Below are positions 62,483-64,000 of a stretch of 64,000 bases of DNA, in pieces. Below the pieces are notes generated by a model, which made no database searches, was not told the DNA's origin, and saw nothing but the letters and a program-made list of their open reading frames with translations. Source of the stretch: an uncultured Pseudomonadota bacterium (GTDB lineage Bacteria; Myxococcota_A; Polyangia; Fen-1088); the NCBI GenBank assembly GCA_963778795.1, contig CAVZVU010000002.1:120052-184051 (forward strand). The letters run 5' to 3'. Position numbers and translations under genes: made by a program. Positions within the stretch are counted from its first letter, which is position 1. Each line of letters starts with the position of its first letter.

Positions 62483-63321
62483 GCGCTCCGGCGCGACGCG
62501 GCTCTCGCTCTGCCTGGTGGCGCCTGGCCGGTCTGGTCGCCGCCTGCGGCGCCGGCCTGGCCGCCGGATGCGACCCGGGACGGATCGACGCCGTCGGGCT
62601 CGACCCGAAGAGCACGACCAGCGGCCTGCTCGCGTACTGGTCGTTCGACGACGGCAGCGGAACCATCCTCGCCGATCTATCGGGAAACGGCCGCACCGGC
62701 ACGGTCTTGCCCGGGGCGACCTGGACCAAGACGGGACAGTTCGGCGGCGCGCTGCACTTCGACGGCACGACGATGGCCGAGGTCGACGTCCCGATGTTCC
62801 CTGCGGCGACCGGCAGCTGGAGCGTCGCGGGATGGGTGAACGCGCCCGACGGCGACACCGGCGACCTCTACGCGACGATCATCAGCACGGAGGCGCTGCA
62901 GATCGGCGGCTGGGAGTTGAACCTCCGCCTGGTGCCACCCGGCACGGTCGCCGCGAAGCCGTCGCTGTACCAGTTCGCCTACTGGGTCGGCATCACCGGC
63001 CTGTCCGACTACGCCAACCAGGAGTGCGCCTGCTTCGTGCCCAACAAATGGGTCCACGTGGCCGGCGTCTTCGACGCCGACGCGCACCGCTTGTCGTTCT
63101 ATCGCAACGGCGAGCTGATGGGCTCGAGCGCGACGACCCAGAACATCCGCGCCGGCAGCAGCACGCTCTATTTCGGGCGCTGGGGGAACGACGACAGCCG
63201 GCGGTTCACCGGAGATCTCGACGACTTCGTGATCTACAACCGCGTGCTGGTGCTGGCCGAGATCCAGCGCCTCGCGCGCGAGAAAGTACCGATCTCCGGC
63301 ACGGCGACGCCCGCGCCCTGA
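62479..63321 (+). CDS. LamG/ConA-like lectin-fold lipoprotein
   Basis: AAG-C lipobox; LLAYWSFDDGSG, GALHFDG, WVHVAGVFD, FTGDLDDFVIYNRVL; ATGA overlap. Confidence 0.9.
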   Translation: MSAPARRGSRSAWWRLAGLVAACGAGLAAGCDPGRIDAVGLDPKSTTSGLLAYWSFDDGSGTILADLSGNGRTGTVLPGATWTKTGQFGGALHFDGTTMAEVDVPMFPAATGSWSVAGWVNAPDGDTGDLYATIISTEALQIGGWELNLRLVPPGTVAAKPSLYQFAYWVGITGLSDYANQECACFVPNKWVHVAGVFDADAHRLSFYRNGELMGSSATTQNIRAGSSTLYFGRWGNDDSRRFTGDLDDFVIYNRVLVLAEIQRLAREKVPISGTATPAP

Positions 63322-63362
63322 TGCCGCCTGTCCGGCGTCAGTGCGACGCCGCCTGCCCGGCG

Positions 63363-64000
63363 TCAATGCGCTGCGGGCGCGCGCTTCGACCGCGCCTTCG
63401 CCGGTGCGTGGGTCTTGCCTCCGGGCGCCTTCCCTCGGACCGACGACGTCTTGCCCTTGGCCGATCCTTTCACCGATCCTCGGACCGATCCCTTAGCCGA
63501 TCCTGGGACCTCGCGCGTGCAGGCGCGCATGATCTCCGCCTGCGCGCTCGGCGGCGGGAGCGGCGACGGGCTCCAGCCGCGGCAGAGCGCGCCGACCGGC
63601 CCGGCGTCGCCCGCGGCCCCGGCGACGCAGTAGACGCCGACGCCGTCGGGGCGCGCCGAAAACAGCGCCGGCGTGGCGGCCGCACCGGCGGCGGTCGGCG
63701 GCGCGCCGGTCGCGCCTGGGCTCGCCGCCGACGGATCCTCGAGACGCGCGCTGAGCACGTTCACGACCTCGATGCGGCGCCGCGCCTGCTCCGGATCGGC
63801 GAACGGCGCCGGCTGGCGGTGCATGTCGCGGATCGGGACGAGCTCGATGGCGCGCAGCGCGAGGCGCCCGCCCGGCACCGTGCGCCGCAGATGCACGCGC
63901 GCCAGCAACCCGTAGTCACGGCAGCCGGCGAACGCTGGCTCCGCCCCCATGTCGCGCGCGCCGCGCAGCATGAAGTTGCCCAGCCCGTAAAAGATCGGCA
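63363..64000 (-). CDS. CapA/PgsA-like metallophosphatase, C-terminal part (5' end outside window)
   Basis: PIFYGLGNF motif at the window edge, then IELVPI. Confidence 0.7.
   Translation of the reverse strand, partial: PIFYGLGNFMLRGARDMGAEPAFAGCRDYGLLARVHLRRTVPGGRLALRAIELVPIRDMHRQPAPFADPEQARRRIEVVNVLSARLEDPSAASPGATGAPPTAAGAAATPALFSARPDGVGVYCVAGAAGDAGPVGALCRGWSPSPLPPPSAQAEIMRACTREVPGSAKGSVRGSVKGSAKGKTSSVRGKAPGGKTHAPAKARSKRAPAAH

Overview
GC-rich bacterial chromosome segment whose gene content points to Myxococcota, probably Polyangia (CarF, VWA and Cys-rich lipoproteins, Hanks kinases, ECF/FecR cassette). Scattered indels suggest an imperfectly polished long-read assembly. Bases 1-7.5 kb are the right end of an integrative mobilisable element inserted at tRNA-Asp(GTC). 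It carries a tyrosine integrase whose C-terminus is read through the antisense of the tRNA (phage Mx8-like), an excisionase-like HTH, a five-gene IncQ2/IncP-like mobABCDE module with an RP4-type oriT, and a tandemly duplicated ~500 bp promoter + leader + lipoprotein-signal module at the left edge. The rest looks chromosomal: carF, yajQ, L,D-transpeptidase-GT2-asnB, GT-C-like protein, methyltransferase, leuS, tRNA-Thr(CGT), a GNAT + proline-dehydrogenase-like pair, DUF748, mycobacterial Sdh1-type sdhCAB, kinases, and a short leuA with divergent LysR. At 51.6-63.3 kb is a candidate glycan-sensing/utilisation locus without SusC/D: a sugar ABC importer, two paralogous GH-like lipoproteins and an ECF-FecR/TPR-beta-barrel-LamG cassette. 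A 31-bp ECF-type promoter motif lies before both the GH-like pair and the sigma gene. All family calls are by motif recognition only; no searches were run.
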